Shown piece after piece: positions 1 through 10,274 of a stretch of 64,000 nt of DNA. Made by a program: the position numbers and the translations under genes. Position 1 is the first letter of the stretch. Every line of letters starts with the position of its first letter. The stretch is from Candidatus Saccharimonadota bacterium. Lineage in GTDB: Bacteria; Patescibacteriota; Saccharimonadia; CAILAD01; BJGX01. Below the pieces are notes generated by a model. That model ran no database searches, was not told the origin of the DNA, and saw nothing but the letters and a program-made list of their open reading frames with translations. The stretch lies in the NCBI GenBank assembly GCA_016191105.1, contig JACPPH010000004.1:65230-129229 (forward strand), read 5' to 3'.

Positions 1-20
1 TTCTTATTAACGAGTTAACC

Positions 21-1223
21 ATGCAAAACGACCACGACAATACTTTTCCTTTGCCTAATTCTGGCGGTGCCGATGCTCAGCAAGCAGTGCCGGGTAATGA
101 CTGGCAGAATCAACAGCCAGCCGCTCCCCAGCCGGCGATTGATAATTCTGCGGCCGCTCAGCCAGCACCAGCCGCACCTGAGGTTAATACTCAGCAGCCT
201 GCCGATGTGCCTGCGCCCGGGCAAGTAATAGCCGACCTAGAAGCCCATCAGCTGGCTAGTGCCGATTACTCTGGCGGGGTGGCTCCTAATCCAGCCGCTC
301 CTCAGCCCCTTGGCGTACCGGCTGAGACAGCTCAACAGCCAGCACCTCAAGCTCCGGCTGCCAATACACTTGATCTTTCGAATCAACAGCAAGCAGCCCC
401 GTCATTATCGCCCGAACAACCAGCTGTACCACCGGCAGCCGAACCACCAGCTGCTACCAACCAATATGGCATTACACCCGCTCAGCCCGTGTTAGCTCAG
501 GTGCCTGGTGGAACAGAACCTGTGACAGCCGCGGCTATGCCACCAGGAGCCGAAGTAGCGCCGTCTGGGTTGCCAACTGATCTTAACGATGCCATGCTAG
601 ACCCCAACCTTATGGCAGCTACGGCACCCAAGCCTAAGTTTAGTCCGCTCAAACTAGTTTTAATAATCGCCGGAGTCGTAATCGGGCTATTCGTGCTGCT
701 TAGCTTAATCGTTTACATTACCGGGCGAACCGCCCGCAAGCCAGCCATTGAGCTAAACGATGCAACTTCAACTGGCAGCCAAAGTTCCAGCTCTTCGAAC
801 GAGGCGGTAATGCCCGCCGGCTTTGTTAAGATCGATAAAGATTGTTACAGTTTTGGAGCTTACCAAACCAACACTATCCCAAGCGGTGGCGCTTGCAACT
901 TTAGCGCTACCGAGGGTGGCTACAAAGTAGCTGTCAATCCGATAACCGACAGCTACGATAACCTAGATGTGTTTACCAACAGTGTTAAATCTAGTCTGAG
1001 CTCGCCAAGTGTGAGCAGCCTGATGCTAGATGGCATGAATGCCTCCAAGATTGTCTATAGCCAAAATGGCAACAACCAGGTTAAGTACTTGGTGTTGGTA
1101 AATGGCAAGAACTACAAATTCAACGATAAGGCTGTAACTGGCTTTACTATCGACATGGACTACACTACTCCCAATGCTCAAAATAATGCCAACAATTTGG
1201 TTAACACCTGGCGCTGGAAGTAG
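21..1223 (+). CDS. Membrane-anchored protein; the N-terminal half is a Pro/Ala/Gln-rich low-complexity region, followed by one TM helix (LKLVLIIAGVVIGLFVLLSLIVYI) and a C-terminal globular domain
   Basis: Long ORF with a clear hydrophobic helix mid-protein; composition is typical of disordered surface proteins. No motif recognised. Confidence 0.5.
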   Translation: MQNDHDNTFPLPNSGGADAQQAVPGNDWQNQQPAAPQPAIDNSAAAQPAPAAPEVNTQQPADVPAPGQVIADLEAHQLASADYSGGVAPNPAAPQPLGVPAETAQQPAPQAPAANTLDLSNQQQAAPSLSPEQPAVPPAAEPPAATNQYGITPAQPVLAQVPGGTEPVTAAAMPPGAEVAPSGLPTDLNDAMLDPNLMAATAPKPKFSPLKLVLIIAGVVIGLFVLLSLIVYITGRTARKPAIELNDATSTGSQSSSSSNEAVMPAGFVKIDKDCYSFGAYQTNTIPSGGACNFSATEGGYKVAVNPITDSYDNLDVFTNSVKSSLSSPSVSSLMLDGMNASKIVYSQNGNNQVKYLVLVNGKNYKFNDKAVTGFTIDMDYTTPNAQNNANNLVNTWRWK

Positions 1224-1383
1224 CCAAGCTTAAGAGCTAATTAGCCCTTGCCATAAGCATTTATTAGTGATACCATAAGGAATCTTTACCCAACTGCAGG
1301 ATCAGCAACGGAGCTGAGTAGGGGCAGAGGGTGAGGGTAGATGTACCCCTTTACATTCATCTACACCGAAGAGGAGGATTTCG

Positions 1384-1680
1384 GTGAAACGAGAGAGAGT
1401 ATTCAACGAAGCTGCACACGAACTGGTGTGCAGTGAGGCGGATCTTCGGATCCAAGAATGGCTCGATGGGAGGTCGCGGCGACAGCGACAAGTCGAACGT
1501 GACCCGGGCCTGAACGTACAGCTCACTGTCGAGGTGTACGGCGTGCTCAGGCGGAACTATCTGGTGGGCCAAGGCGTTGCGATCAGCGACACCCAGCTTG
1601 CTCGGTGCTTCCGACGCGCCAAGACACTCTCACACGAGACATTCGACCTCGTTCCTTCGACCGTGCTTGTGCACGCCTGA
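1384..1680 (+). CDS. Hypothetical protein, first ORF of high-GC island A
   Basis: GTG start 9 nt after a GAGGAGG Shine-Dalgarno. High-GC codon usage contrasts with the flanking genes. Confidence 0.4.
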   Translation: MKRERVFNEAAHELVCSEADLRIQEWLDGRSRRQRQVERDPGLNVQLTVEVYGVLRRNYLVGQGVAISDTQLARCFRRAKTLSHETFDLVPSTVLVHA

Positions 1681-1696
1681 GCGGGGGGAGGACGAC

Positions 1697-2263
1697 TTGA
1701 AGACGAGGATAGCAGACCTGAAGCAACTCGCCGTCGAGGCGACTGCCAAGGTCACATCATCACCCGCGGTCAGGAAGGCTCTTGAGGAGCAGTTGCTCGA
1801 GGAGCTGAAGCAGAGGATCGGACGTCGTTCGTTGACGACGGCTCGATCGGAAGCGGCGATCAAAGAGGTTCTCGATCAAGACCGCCTGCTCAGCATGGCG
1901 GCGTGGGCCTTCGTCCAGCTACCAGAACTGGAGCAGAGTCGGGAGGTGGCGCTCAAGGCGCTCAACCTGCTGAGTCAGCCCCACTTCGACGTGCTGCCCG
2001 AACAGCTCAACGACACGATTGAACTCGCCGACTTCTACACCCGCAACGCAACTCGAGTTGTCACGGCCGGTCCGAGGCAGGTGCTCGAAGGTGCGTCGAG
2101 GGCGCTCAAGATGGACGGGCGCTTCGTGGCGCGGCTACTCCAGTCAGGAGTACAGCTGCGTGACACAACGCCAACCTTCAGCAGAGCTCTGCGAACCCGG
2201 GAGGCGCTGCCAGGTGAGATCGGGAGCGTTCGAACGGTTCCGAGGGTGATGCAGCCCGCATAG
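1697..2263 (+). CDS. Hypothetical protein, second ORF of island A; probable TTG start coupled to the upstream stop
   Basis: The TGA of the upstream ORF is followed directly by GGGGGGAGGACGAC-TTG in frame with the 228-aa ORF. The ORF ends just before two consecutive perfect hairpins. Confidence 0.35.
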   Translation: MKTRIADLKQLAVEATAKVTSSPAVRKALEEQLLEELKQRIGRRSLTTARSEAAIKEVLDQDRLLSMAAWAFVQLPELEQSREVALKALNLLSQPHFDVLPEQLNDTIELADFYTRNATRVVTAGPRQVLEGASRALKMDGRFVARLLQSGVQLRDTTPTFSRALRTREALPGEIGSVRTVPRVMQPA

Positions 2264-2290
2264 GCTGAACTTCGCGGCAACAAAGGGGGC

Positions 2291-2355
2291 TCCGGGCCGG
2301 GGTGAGCGATCACTCCGGCCCGGACGGGCGACCACCAAACAGGTGGTCGTTTTCA
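2291..2355 (+). terminator. Tandem hairpins closing island A (tccgggccgg...ccggcccgga, then cgaccacc-aaaca-ggtggtcg-TTTTC)
   Basis: Perfect 10-bp and 8-bp stems; the second is followed by a T-run. Confidence 0.5.
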
Positions 2356-2412
2356 GTTATTATCCAAAACTTGTTTGCATTTTATACGGCTTTGGTGGGT
2401 ATAATAGATTCT

Positions 2413-4164
2413 ATGAACGAGGTCGAAGAGGTAAAAAACAGACTCGATATTGTTGAGGTAATCGGCAGCTACGTGCCGCTCAAGCAAACCGGCCGTAACT
2501 TTAAGGGCTTGAGTCCATTTAAATCCGAGAAAACCCCTAGCTTTATTGTTAGCCCCGAAAAGAGCATTTGGCACGACTTTAGTAGCGATCAAGGCGGCGA
2601 TGTAATTAGCTTTGTTATGCTCATGGAGGGGCTGGAGTTTCGCGACGCTCTGGAGATGCTGGCTCGCCGGGCTGGGGTGACTCTAAAACTGCGCTCGGCT
2701 GCTCAAGCCCGCAATGTTGGCAAAAAAGCCAGGCTGTACGAGGCCTTAGAGCTGGCCATGAAATATTATCACCTTTGCCTGTCACGTAATGAGCATGCCC
2801 GCAGTTATTTTGTGAAAGAAAGAGGCCTTGGTGCCGCAACATTAAAACAATACAAACTAGGCTATAGCCCAGACAGCTGGGATTCTTTGACAAACTTTTT
2901 GGTCAAGCGAGGATTCACTAACGGCGAACTTAAGGAGGCTGGCTTGGTTAGCAGCAAAGCTGGCGGCAAATCTGTATTTGATAGCTTTCGTGGCCGCGTC
3001 ATGTTTCCGGTCTTCGATAGCCAGGGTAGAGTGGTTGGCTTTAGCGCCCGTTTGCTAGGAGAGGCCAAGGCAGCCAAGTACATAAACACACCGCAAACGC
3101 TGGTTTACGATAAATCGACGGCAATTTATGGCCTATACCAGGCCAAAGAATCGATCCGTAACACCGATAGCGTGGTAATTGTAGAGGGTAATGTCGATGT
3201 GCTAGCGCTCGCTAATGCCGGCTATGGCAATGCGGTGGCCAGCAGCGGCACCGCTCTAACTACGCAGCAGCTCAAAACGCTATCTTATCTAACCCACAAT
3301 GTGTACATTTGCTTCGATAGCGATAGTGCTGGGATAGCGGCCACTCAAAGGACGATTGAGTTGGCTCAAGGTATGGATATTCGTTTGCGGGTGATTGAGC
3401 TCAAAGGGGCCAAAGACCCCGACGAGCTAGTGAGTAAGAACAAACAAGCTTGGGCCGAGGCCGTGCAGAAAGCTCTGTACGCACCCGACTATTTGCTCAA
3501 GTGGGCCAAAGCTAACTTTAACTACAAAACCGCACTAGGTAAAAAACAGCTGGCCAAGTTTTTGTTGCCTATGCTTGGTGGTTTTGAAGACGAGGTGGAG
3601 CGTGATCACTACATAAAAACTATTGCCCAAACCCTAGACGTTGGTGAAAATTCGCTGCGGGAACAGCTCAATAAGACCAACAGCGACCCTAAACAGCCCA
3701 AAGCCCAGGTGGGACAAAACACACCCCAGCCAATTCGTGAGCGAAAGCTAACCAGACAAGAAAAGTTGGAGCGAGAGTTGGCTGAGCTTTTGTTGGCTAG
3801 GCCAGAAACCCGTGAAGTCTTAATCGACATAGAGCCTACCAAAATTACTGAGTTGTTTCGGCCTTACTTTGAGGCATTAATTAAAAAACCGAAGCTAACC
3901 AGCGCCGATCTCGAGAAGCAATTGCAAGATAGGGCAAATTATGGTAAAATTCTGATGTTACGGGGAGAACAAACGTATTCCGATCTGTCGGAACATGACG
4001 TAAGGGTTGAAGCCCATTCCCAAGTGTTACGCTTGCAGAATTTACAAACACAACTTAATAAGCGGTCATTGAGCAAGGCTCTAGCCGAAGCTGAAGCCGC
4101 CCACGATCAAACCAAAGCCCAAAAGATCTTAAAGAAATACCAAGCCTTACTCAACGAAGAGTAG
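2413..4164 (+). CDS. dnaG: DNA primase
   Basis: N-terminal zinc-binding region, TOPRIM region (EGNVDVLAL, FDSDSAG), ~580 aa. The start is taken at MNEVEE, ~10 nt after a TATAAT, so the mRNA may be leaderless. Confidence 0.9.
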   Translation: MNEVEEVKNRLDIVEVIGSYVPLKQTGRNFKGLSPFKSEKTPSFIVSPEKSIWHDFSSDQGGDVISFVMLMEGLEFRDALEMLARRAGVTLKLRSAAQARNVGKKARLYEALELAMKYYHLCLSRNEHARSYFVKERGLGAATLKQYKLGYSPDSWDSLTNFLVKRGFTNGELKEAGLVSSKAGGKSVFDSFRGRVMFPVFDSQGRVVGFSARLLGEAKAAKYINTPQTLVYDKSTAIYGLYQAKESIRNTDSVVIVEGNVDVLALANAGYGNAVASSGTALTTQQLKTLSYLTHNVYICFDSDSAGIAATQRTIELAQGMDIRLRVIELKGAKDPDELVSKNKQAWAEAVQKALYAPDYLLKWAKANFNYKTALGKKQLAKFLLPMLGGFEDEVERDHYIKTIAQTLDVGENSLREQLNKTNSDPKQPKAQVGQNTPQPIRERKLTRQEKLERELAELLLARPETREVLIDIEPTKITELFRPYFEALIKKPKLTSADLEKQLQDRANYGKILMLRGEQTYSDLSEHDVRVEAHSQVLRLQNLQTQLNKRSLSKALAEAEAAHDQTKAQKILKKYQALLNEE

Positions 4165-4235
4165 TTTATTAATTTGTCTTAATAATCCACATTTAAGCCT
4201 GGGAGTTTGAAACTAATTATTTGAAAGGAGTACCC

Positions 4236-5432
4236 ATGCCTCAAAAAGCCACGAGAGCTACTAAGCTTAAGGCCAACAAAAAACCTACATCCAAACCTGT
4301 GCCAAAAAAAGCACCAGCCAAAAGGCCAGCAGCCAAGAAGGCCGTTGACGACGAGGTTACAAAAGAACTGTCGCCCGAGGTAGAAAGCCTGCTTGCAAAA
4401 GGCCGCGAGCAGGGGTTTGTTACCCAACAAGAAATTATGGCTACTGTGCCCGATGCCGAGGAGCATGTCGATGCTCTCGATGATCTGTACTCGCTGTTGA
4501 TCGATCAGGGAATCGAAATTACCGATCAAAAAGACAAGCTTATCTGGGCTACCGAACCCGACGAGGACATCGAGAATGCCACTAGTGATGATTATATAAA
4601 AGATATTGCCGACGACTCAGTGCGGCTTTATCTGCGCGAGATTGGCAAGATCCCACTAATTTCGGCCGAAGAAGAGGTTGGGTTAGCCAAACGGATCGAA
4701 AAAGGCGATAAATCGGCCAAAGACGCCTTGGCCGAAGCCAACTTGCGTTTGGTGGTTAGTATTGCCAAAAAATACATTGGTCGCGGGCTCGATCTGTTAG
4801 ATCTTATAGAAGAGGGTAATACTGGCTTGTTGCGGGCAGTTGAAAAGTTCGACTACACCAAGGGCTTTAAGTTTAGCACCTATGCTACTTGGTGGATTCG
4901 CCAAGCTATAACCCGTGCCATTGCCGACCAGGCCCGGGTGATTCGCATACCGGTCCACATGGTCGAAACGATCAATAAACTTATTCGAACTCAGCGTCGA
5001 CTTACTCAAGAGCTGGGTCGCGAGCCGTTGCCCGAAGAAATCGGTACCGAAATGGAAATCGACGTTGAAAAGGTCAACCACATTCTAAAGATCTCTCAAG
5101 ACACCACCAGCTTAGATGCCACCGTAGGTGAGGACGAAGATAGCTCTTTGGGTGACTTTATTCAAGACGAAGACACCGTGAGCCCCGAAGAGGCTGCAAC
5201 TTATGAGTTGCTCAAAGAACATATCGATGACACCTTAGGTTTGCTTACGCCGCGTGAACAAAAGATTCTACGCATGCGCTTTGGGCTCGAAGACGGTCGC
5301 AGCCACACGCTTGAGGAAGTAGGCCAAGAATTTGGTGTCACTCGCGAGCGCATTCGCCAAATAGAAGCCAAAGCTTTAACCAAGCTGCGTAAACACAAAG
5401 ACAGCAAACGACTCAAAGACTACATAAGCTAA
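4236..5432 (+). CDS. rpoD: RNA polymerase primary sigma factor (sigma-70)
   Basis: Regions 1.2, 2 ([17 protein letters not shown]), 3 and 4 ([24 protein letters not shown]) are present. An AAAGGAG Shine-Dalgarno lies upstream. Confidence 0.92.
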   Translation: MPQKATRATKLKANKKPTSKPVPKKAPAKRPAAKKAVDDEVTKELSPEVESLLAKGREQGFVTQQEIMATVPDAEEHVDALDDLYSLLIDQGIEITDQKDKLIWATEPDEDIENATSDDYIKDIADDSVRLYLREIGKIPLISAEEEVGLAKRIEKGDKSAKDALAEANLRLVVSIAKKYIGRGLDLLDLIEEGNTGLLRAVEKFDYTKGFKFSTYATWWIRQAITRAIADQARVIRIPVHMVETINKLIRTQRRLTQELGREPLPEEIGTEMEIDVEKVNHILKISQDTTSLDATVGEDEDSSLGDFIQDEDTVSPEEAATYELLKEHIDDTLGLLTPREQKILRMRFGLEDGRSHTLEEVGQEFGVTRERIRQIEAKALTKLRKHKDSKRLKDYIS

Positions 5433-5473
5433 CACGGAGTGTCGCCCTGAGCATAGTCGAAGGATCTGTATCT

Positions 5474-5501
5474 AAAAAGACCCTCGTATGAGGGTCTTTT
5501 T
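5474..5501. terminator. Bidirectional rho-independent terminator (aaaaagaccctc-gtat-gagggtcttttt)
   Basis: Perfect stem flanked by A-run and T-run, between convergent rpoD and the GNAT gene. Confidence 0.7.
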
Positions 5502-5549
5502 AGATCGGCAAAACCATAAGTTGCTCGGGATCTTTTTCGCCGGGTACGT

Positions 5550-6014
5550 TCATGACCTGTCGCTTTTCGAGCCAGCCTTCTCGAGCACATGCATGGAGCG
5601 AGCGTTATGAATGCTTGGACTAGCCACTATGAATTTAACATCGTGATATTTCTCTAACACCACATCCTTGGTAAACTTTATGGCTATCGCTGGCCCAAGG
5701 CCTTTGCCCAGATAACTTTCGTTGCCAATAAACCAATCCATACCTACGCTATCATTGAGTTTCACAGCTTCTGCATAATCCTTATAATCTTTAACCCAAT
5801 AAGATTGGGTCATACCAATGGGTGTATTATCTGCCACCACCACAAAGCAGCTTGTTGCACTTTTGCCTTCAACTCTAGGTCCGTATTTTTCTTCAATTGC
5901 TTCTGGTGTTGACGGCTCATGCCACCATTTTTTCACTTCGGGTGCATTCAGCCACACAGGAAACCAATCGAAATCAGCTCGAGATAAAGGACGAAAACTT
6001 ATCTTGGTATTCAT
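5550..6014 (-). CDS. GNAT-family N-acetyltransferase, AAC(6')-Ib-like
   Basis: Blocks WWHEP, IGMTQSYWV, DWFIGNESYLGKGLG and ASPSIHNARSMHVLEKAG resemble aminoglycoside 6'-N-acetyltransferase type Ib. Confidence 0.7.
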   Translation of the reverse strand: MNTKISFRPLSRADFDWFPVWLNAPEVKKWWHEPSTPEAIEEKYGPRVEGKSATSCFVVVADNTPIGMTQSYWVKDYKDYAEAVKLNDSVGMDWFIGNESYLGKGLGPAIAIKFTKDVVLEKYHDVKFIVASPSIHNARSMHVLEKAGSKSDRS

Positions 6015-6397
6015 TGATTACTAGCAGGGAGACCTTCTGGATTGGGATTTGGTGGGCGATCTGGCAGGCGTCCACGCTGCCGATCGGCCTGTTCTTGCCT
6101 TTGTCGCGCTGCTGCCAGCTTAGCGCGCGCATCGGCCTTAAGTGTTTCTCTATCAACGGCTTTATTAGTTGTGTCGTTGGCCACAGCTTCGGGATCTTGA
6201 GCCTTGCCTTGCTGGATAGCCTGCTCACTAGGTACTCTCTCGGGTCTCGCTGCAGCTTCCTGAGCTTGTCTAATATTCAACAGATCATTTTTCAGGCGCT
6301 GCTCTTTGGCATCGGGAGTTAACTGATTGCGAGCAGCTGCGCTGGCTTTCTCTGCAGTGTTCGTTTCAAATAAATTGGCTTGAGCTGGATCGTTCAT
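6011..6397 (-). CDS. Hypothetical charged/low-complexity protein
   Basis: ORF whose stop overlaps the downstream start (ATGA). No motif recognised. Confidence 0.35.
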   Translation of the reverse strand: MNDPAQANLFETNTAEKASAAARNQLTPDAKEQRLKNDLLNIRQAQEAAARPERVPSEQAIQQGKAQDPEAVANDTTNKAVDRETLKADARAKLAAARQRQEQADRQRGRLPDRPPNPNPEGLPASNQ

Positions 6398-6453
6398 ACC
6401 ATAATTAAAGCATATGCTATCTGATTATGCTATCCATCGGGTATAATAACTAC

Positions 6454-9237
6454 ATGTCCAAGCGCCCTAAATTTGTAATTTTCGATGGCCATGCCCTGGT
6501 GCATCGTGGCTATCACGCCATTCCGTATTTAACCACCAAAGATGGTACCCCCACCAACGCCGTGTTTGGCTTTGCTACTATGATGCTTTTGGCGCTGCGC
6601 GAGCTCAAGCCCGACTATGTGGCTGTAGCTTGGGATGCGCCAGGGCCCACATTCCGCCACAAACAGTTCAAAGACTACAAAGGCACCCGACAAAAGGCCG
6701 ACCAGGAGCTATACGACCAACTGCCGATTACCAAGGATCTAATTGAGGCCTTTAACATTCCGCTAATCGAGCAGGTTGGCTACGAGGCCGATGACATTAT
6801 TGGTAGCCTGGCCGAAAAGTACCGGGCGCAAGCCGATGTAGTGATTGTAACTGGTGACATGGATGAATTGCAGCTGGTGAGTGATCGCGTGAGTGTTTAT
6901 ACCATGCGCAAGGGCTTTACCGACACTGTGATTTTCGATCCCAAAATGGTGCATGAAAAATATGGTGTTACACCAGAAGAATTCGTGGTCTACAAAGCTC
7001 TCAAGGGTGATAGCAGCGACAACATTCCTGGTGTGGCCGGCATTGGCGATAAAACCGCCACCGAGCTAGTAGCCAAGTATCAATCACTCGATAACATATA
7101 CAAAAATCTCGACAATATTAGGCCAGCTGTAGTCAAAAAGCTCGAGGCCGGGCGGGAAAGCGCCTATTTGAGCCTAGATTTATCACGAATTGTGCGCGAT
7201 ATGAAGCTCGACTTTGATCTTAAGAGGGCGACAACTCACGACTTTGACCGCCAGAAGGTCTACGACCTATTCCAAAAGCTAGAGTTTAAGAGCTTGCTGG
7301 CTAAATTGCCGACACCGCCAGGTGGCAAGGGCTTGGTAGAAACCGAAACCAACAGCGAAAAGCTCGAGCGTTCACACTTGGTAAGTGCTAATTACAAGAT
7401 TGTGCAAACTGAGGCAGATTTAAAAAAATTAGTCGAGCTGCTTTCTAAAGCCAAAGTTATTTCGTTTGATACAGAGACCACCGATACCGATGTAATTAAG
7501 GCCGACTTGGTAGGCCTAAGCTTTGCGGTGCACGAGGGCGAGGCTTACTATGTGCCAGTTGGACATGTACAGACCAAGCCAGACGACATAGACTTTGTGC
7601 TTATGGCCCAAGATGCTCCAGTCGATCTGGCCGGTGGGCAATTGCCTTTGGAGCTGGTAATAAAAGCTCTCAAACCGATCTTGGAAGACCCCAAAATTGG
7701 CAAAGTTGGGCACAATATTAAGTACGACTACCAGATTATGAATCGAGCTGGCGTTAAGCTAACCCCGATTGTGTTCGACACTATGGTGGCGGCTTTTCTA
7801 ATCAACCCAATTGGGCGAGCTCAGAGCCTGACCGAGCTAGCCTATAGTGACCTAGGTATTCGCATGATCGAAATTACTGAGCTAATCGGCTCCAAGGGCA
7901 AAAACCAGCTCCACTTTGGCCAAACCGATGTCTCGCAGGCTGGCCAGTACGCTGCCGAAGACGCCGATATTGCGCTTCGTTTGTACCACAAGCTGCAAGC
8001 CGATCTTAAAAAGCTTGGTAAACTAACCGAGGTAGCTAAGACCTTCGAGTGGCCGCTTATTGAAGTGCTGGGCGATATGGAACTTACGGGCGTGACCCTC
8101 AACGTTAAGTTCTTGGCCAAATTTGCCAAACAAATTGATGGCGATATCGACAAATGCCAGAAAGCCATCTGGAAGTTGGCAGGGCAGCCGTTCAACATCA
8201 ATAGTCCTGGCCAACTTCAAGAGATTTTATTTAACACGCTCAAGATCGAAACCGCAGGACTCAAGAAGACCAAGACCGGCTATTCTACGGCAGCTAGCGA
8301 GCTCGAAAAACTGCGTGGCGTACACGATATTATTGAACATTTATTCGAGTATCGTGAACTAACTAAGCTTAAGAGCACCTATGTCGATGCCTTGCCTAAC
8401 GCTGTAGCCAAAGACGGCAAAATCCACACTAGCTACAACCAGACCATTGCCCAAACCGGCCGGCTTAATAGCACCAATCCCAACCTGCAAAATATCCCGG
8501 TTCGCACCGTCTTAGGTCGTGAAATCCGCAAGGCCTTTGTGGCCGATGAGGGCAATGTGTTGGTAAGTGCCGACTACAATCAGATAGAGCTGCGCTTGGC
8601 GGCCGCTCTAGCCGACGATAAGCCAATGATCAAGACCTTTCGTGAGCACCTGGATATTCACACCGCCACAGCAGCCGAGATGTTTGGTATTAAACCCGAA
8701 GAGGTAACTCCACAGCAACGTTATGGCGCCAAAACCATCAACTTTGGCGTGCTGTACGGCATGAGCCCGCACGGCTTGAGCGTGGCCGCCAAGCTAGATT
8801 ACGATCAAGCCAAGGAGTTTATAGACCGCTACTTTAACCTACGTAAAGGCGTGGCCGACTATATTGAAAGGATAAAGAAGTTGGCTCACAGACAACAGTT
8901 TACCGAAACCTATTTTGGTCGGCGCCGGCCCTGCCCCGATGTTAAGTCGAATAACTTTGTTATCCGCAGTGCCGCCGAGCGCGCAGCCGTGAACATGCCC
9001 TTGCAGGGTACGGCGGCCGATATGATTAAGCTGGCCATGATACGGATCCACAAAGTTTTACCCAACGGTGCCGGTATAATCTTACAGATTCACGACGAAT
9101 TGATAGTAGAATGCAAAAAATCTCAGGCCAAAGAGGTGGGCGAGATTATGAGTAAAGAAATGATAGGAGTGCACAAATTTGCGGTACCAATTGAGGTTGG
9201 GTTAAAGGTCGGCACCAGCTGGGGAGAGCTAGAGTGA
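6454..9237 (+). CDS. polA: DNA polymerase I (5'-3' exonuclease, 3'-5' exonuclease and polymerase domains)
   Basis: ~930 aa; FEN-like N-terminus, pol A motifs (DYSQIELR-like SADYNQIELR, KTINFGVLYG, QIHDELIVE). ATG lies 10 nt after a TATAAT. Confidence 0.93.
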   Translation: MSKRPKFVIFDGHALVHRGYHAIPYLTTKDGTPTNAVFGFATMMLLALRELKPDYVAVAWDAPGPTFRHKQFKDYKGTRQKADQELYDQLPITKDLIEAFNIPLIEQVGYEADDIIGSLAEKYRAQADVVIVTGDMDELQLVSDRVSVYTMRKGFTDTVIFDPKMVHEKYGVTPEEFVVYKALKGDSSDNIPGVAGIGDKTATELVAKYQSLDNIYKNLDNIRPAVVKKLEAGRESAYLSLDLSRIVRDMKLDFDLKRATTHDFDRQKVYDLFQKLEFKSLLAKLPTPPGGKGLVETETNSEKLERSHLVSANYKIVQTEADLKKLVELLSKAKVISFDTETTDTDVIKADLVGLSFAVHEGEAYYVPVGHVQTKPDDIDFVLMAQDAPVDLAGGQLPLELVIKALKPILEDPKIGKVGHNIKYDYQIMNRAGVKLTPIVFDTMVAAFLINPIGRAQSLTELAYSDLGIRMIEITELIGSKGKNQLHFGQTDVSQAGQYAAEDADIALRLYHKLQADLKKLGKLTEVAKTFEWPLIEVLGDMELTGVTLNVKFLAKFAKQIDGDIDKCQKAIWKLAGQPFNINSPGQLQEILFNTLKIETAGLKKTKTGYSTAASELEKLRGVHDIIEHLFEYRELTKLKSTYVDALPNAVAKDGKIHTSYNQTIAQTGRLNSTNPNLQNIPVRTVLGREIRKAFVADEGNVLVSADYNQIELRLAAALADDKPMIKTFREHLDIHTATAAEMFGIKPEEVTPQQRYGAKTINFGVLYGMSPHGLSVAAKLDYDQAKEFIDRYFNLRKGVADYIERIKKLAHRQQFTETYFGRRRPCPDVKSNNFVIRSAAERAAVNMPLQGTAADMIKLAMIRIHKVLPNGAGIILQIHDELIVECKKSQAKEVGEIMSKEMIGVHKFAVPIEVGLKVGTSWGELE

Positions 9238-9665
9238 ACAATGTAAACTTACGGGTTGCTGCCAAGGCTGTAATTGCATACAAAAACAAGGTATTGGTGG
9301 TGCGCGAGGGCGGCAAATATGAAGATGGCAACAATATTGGCCAGTATGGCCTGGTGGGCGGCAGAATAGAACCCGACGAGTCGTTTTACGATGCTCTGGA
9401 CCGTGAGATCTTAGAGGAGACGGGGCTTAAGGTTAAGACTACTAAGCCACTACAAGTAGGTGAGTGGTGGCCAGAGATCAAGGGCGTTAAAAACCACATT
9501 GTGGCTGTATTCATGATCTGTGAAGCCAAGACAGATAGGGTTGTGTTAAGCGATGAGCACGATGATTTTAAGTGGGTTAATCTGAACGAAATACAAAAGC
9601 TGCCGGTCATGGAACCAGATAGATCAGTTGCTATTGAGTTTTTAAGCTCTCTCCCAAAAACCTGA
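9234..9665 (+). CDS. NUDIX hydrolase
   Basis: NUDIX box GGRIEPDESFYDALDREILEETGL. The C-terminal codons LPKT* fall inside the shared island left-end motif. Confidence 0.8.
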   Translation: MNNVNLRVAAKAVIAYKNKVLVVREGGKYEDGNNIGQYGLVGGRIEPDESFYDALDREILEETGLKVKTTKPLQVGEWWPEIKGVKNHIVAVFMICEAKTDRVVLSDEHDDFKWVNLNEIQKLPVMEPDRSVAIEFLSSLPKT

Positions 9666-9730
9666 CATTGTCATCTCGAGCGTAGTCGAGAGATCTCGGA
9701 TCTTAGGGAGAGCGACAATCACGGAGGTTG
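9651..9730. repeat. Left-end junction motif of island B (ctcccaaaaacctRa ... gatcttNgggagaNcgacaaYc)
   Basis: Homologous to 13071-13116. Contains the inverted repeat ctctccc/gggagag. Confidence 0.55.
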
Positions 9731-9741
9731 GCGAAAGCACT

Positions 9742-9960
9742 CTACCGAGCCAGAGGTGGCTCTTCGTGAACACCTCCTTGAGGGTATGGTCGTGGTGAGG
9801 GTGGTTGGGCGGTGCAGCGGTCGAGCAGTACTACGAATACGCTGGCGATGAGGCCTAAGCATATGAGTAGCCAAAAGCCCTTCCATATGCCCCGAAGCAT
9901 GTCTCCAAGGCAGCCCATGTCAGTAGTGGCAGTTGGGGTCGTCGTAGACCACGTTGCCAT
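9742..9960 (-). CDS. Small membrane protein, island B
   Basis: 72 aa with a hydrophobic helix. Its ATG abuts the TAA of the upstream 57-aa ORF. Confidence 0.35.
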   Translation of the reverse strand: MATWSTTTPTATTDMGCLGDMLRGIWKGFWLLICLGLIASVFVVLLDRCTAQPPSPRPYPQGGVHEEPPLAR

Positions 9961-10134
9961 TTACGACTTGGCTAGAGGAGTAGTCGCCTTGCACTCCTTA
10001 ACGCGCTGACGAGCTCCAAGCATCGCCAGAACCATCAGTATTGCACCGATGGTTAAGAAGATGATGATCAAGATTCTGAGTCGCCTGCGATAGATCGCGT
10101 TTAACTCAGCTTCATTATGGGCATGCGCCTCCAT
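9961..10134 (-). CDS. 57-aa single-TM protein (MEAHAHNEAELNAIYRRRLRILIIIFLTIGAILMVLAMLGARQRVKE...), island B
   Basis: Not in the supplied ORF table because it is under 60 aa. GAAGGAG Shine-Dalgarno 7 nt upstream. Homologous to the 48-aa ORF at 13180-13326 (shared AI-RRRL plus an Ile-run TM). Confidence 0.35.
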   Translation of the reverse strand: MEAHAHNEAELNAIYRRRLRILIIIFLTIGAILMVLAMLGARQRVKECKATTPLAKS

Positions 10135-10185
10135 GAATCACTCCTTCTTGGTGATTGTCGGGTTGCGGGATATCGAACTGACATC

Positions 10186-10231
10186 CTCCCAAACAATTTA
10201 ACACGTTAAACTGTTTGGGAGAACGACAACC
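10186..10231. repeat. 17-bp inverted repeat (ctcccaaacaatttaac / gttaaactgtttgggag) followed by aacgacaacc; internal copy of the island junction motif
   Basis: Seen directly. The same tttgggagaacgacaacc string occurs at 13098-13116. Confidence 0.6.
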
Positions 10232-10274
10232 ATACTTTGCATTGCGCTCCCTCCGGGCAGGTGCCGGAATTGTG

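Noticed and set aside
259-495. 78-aa ORF overlapping the first gene in another frame
   Set aside because: Embedded in the low-complexity PAQ-rich region of the longer ORF. No RBS.
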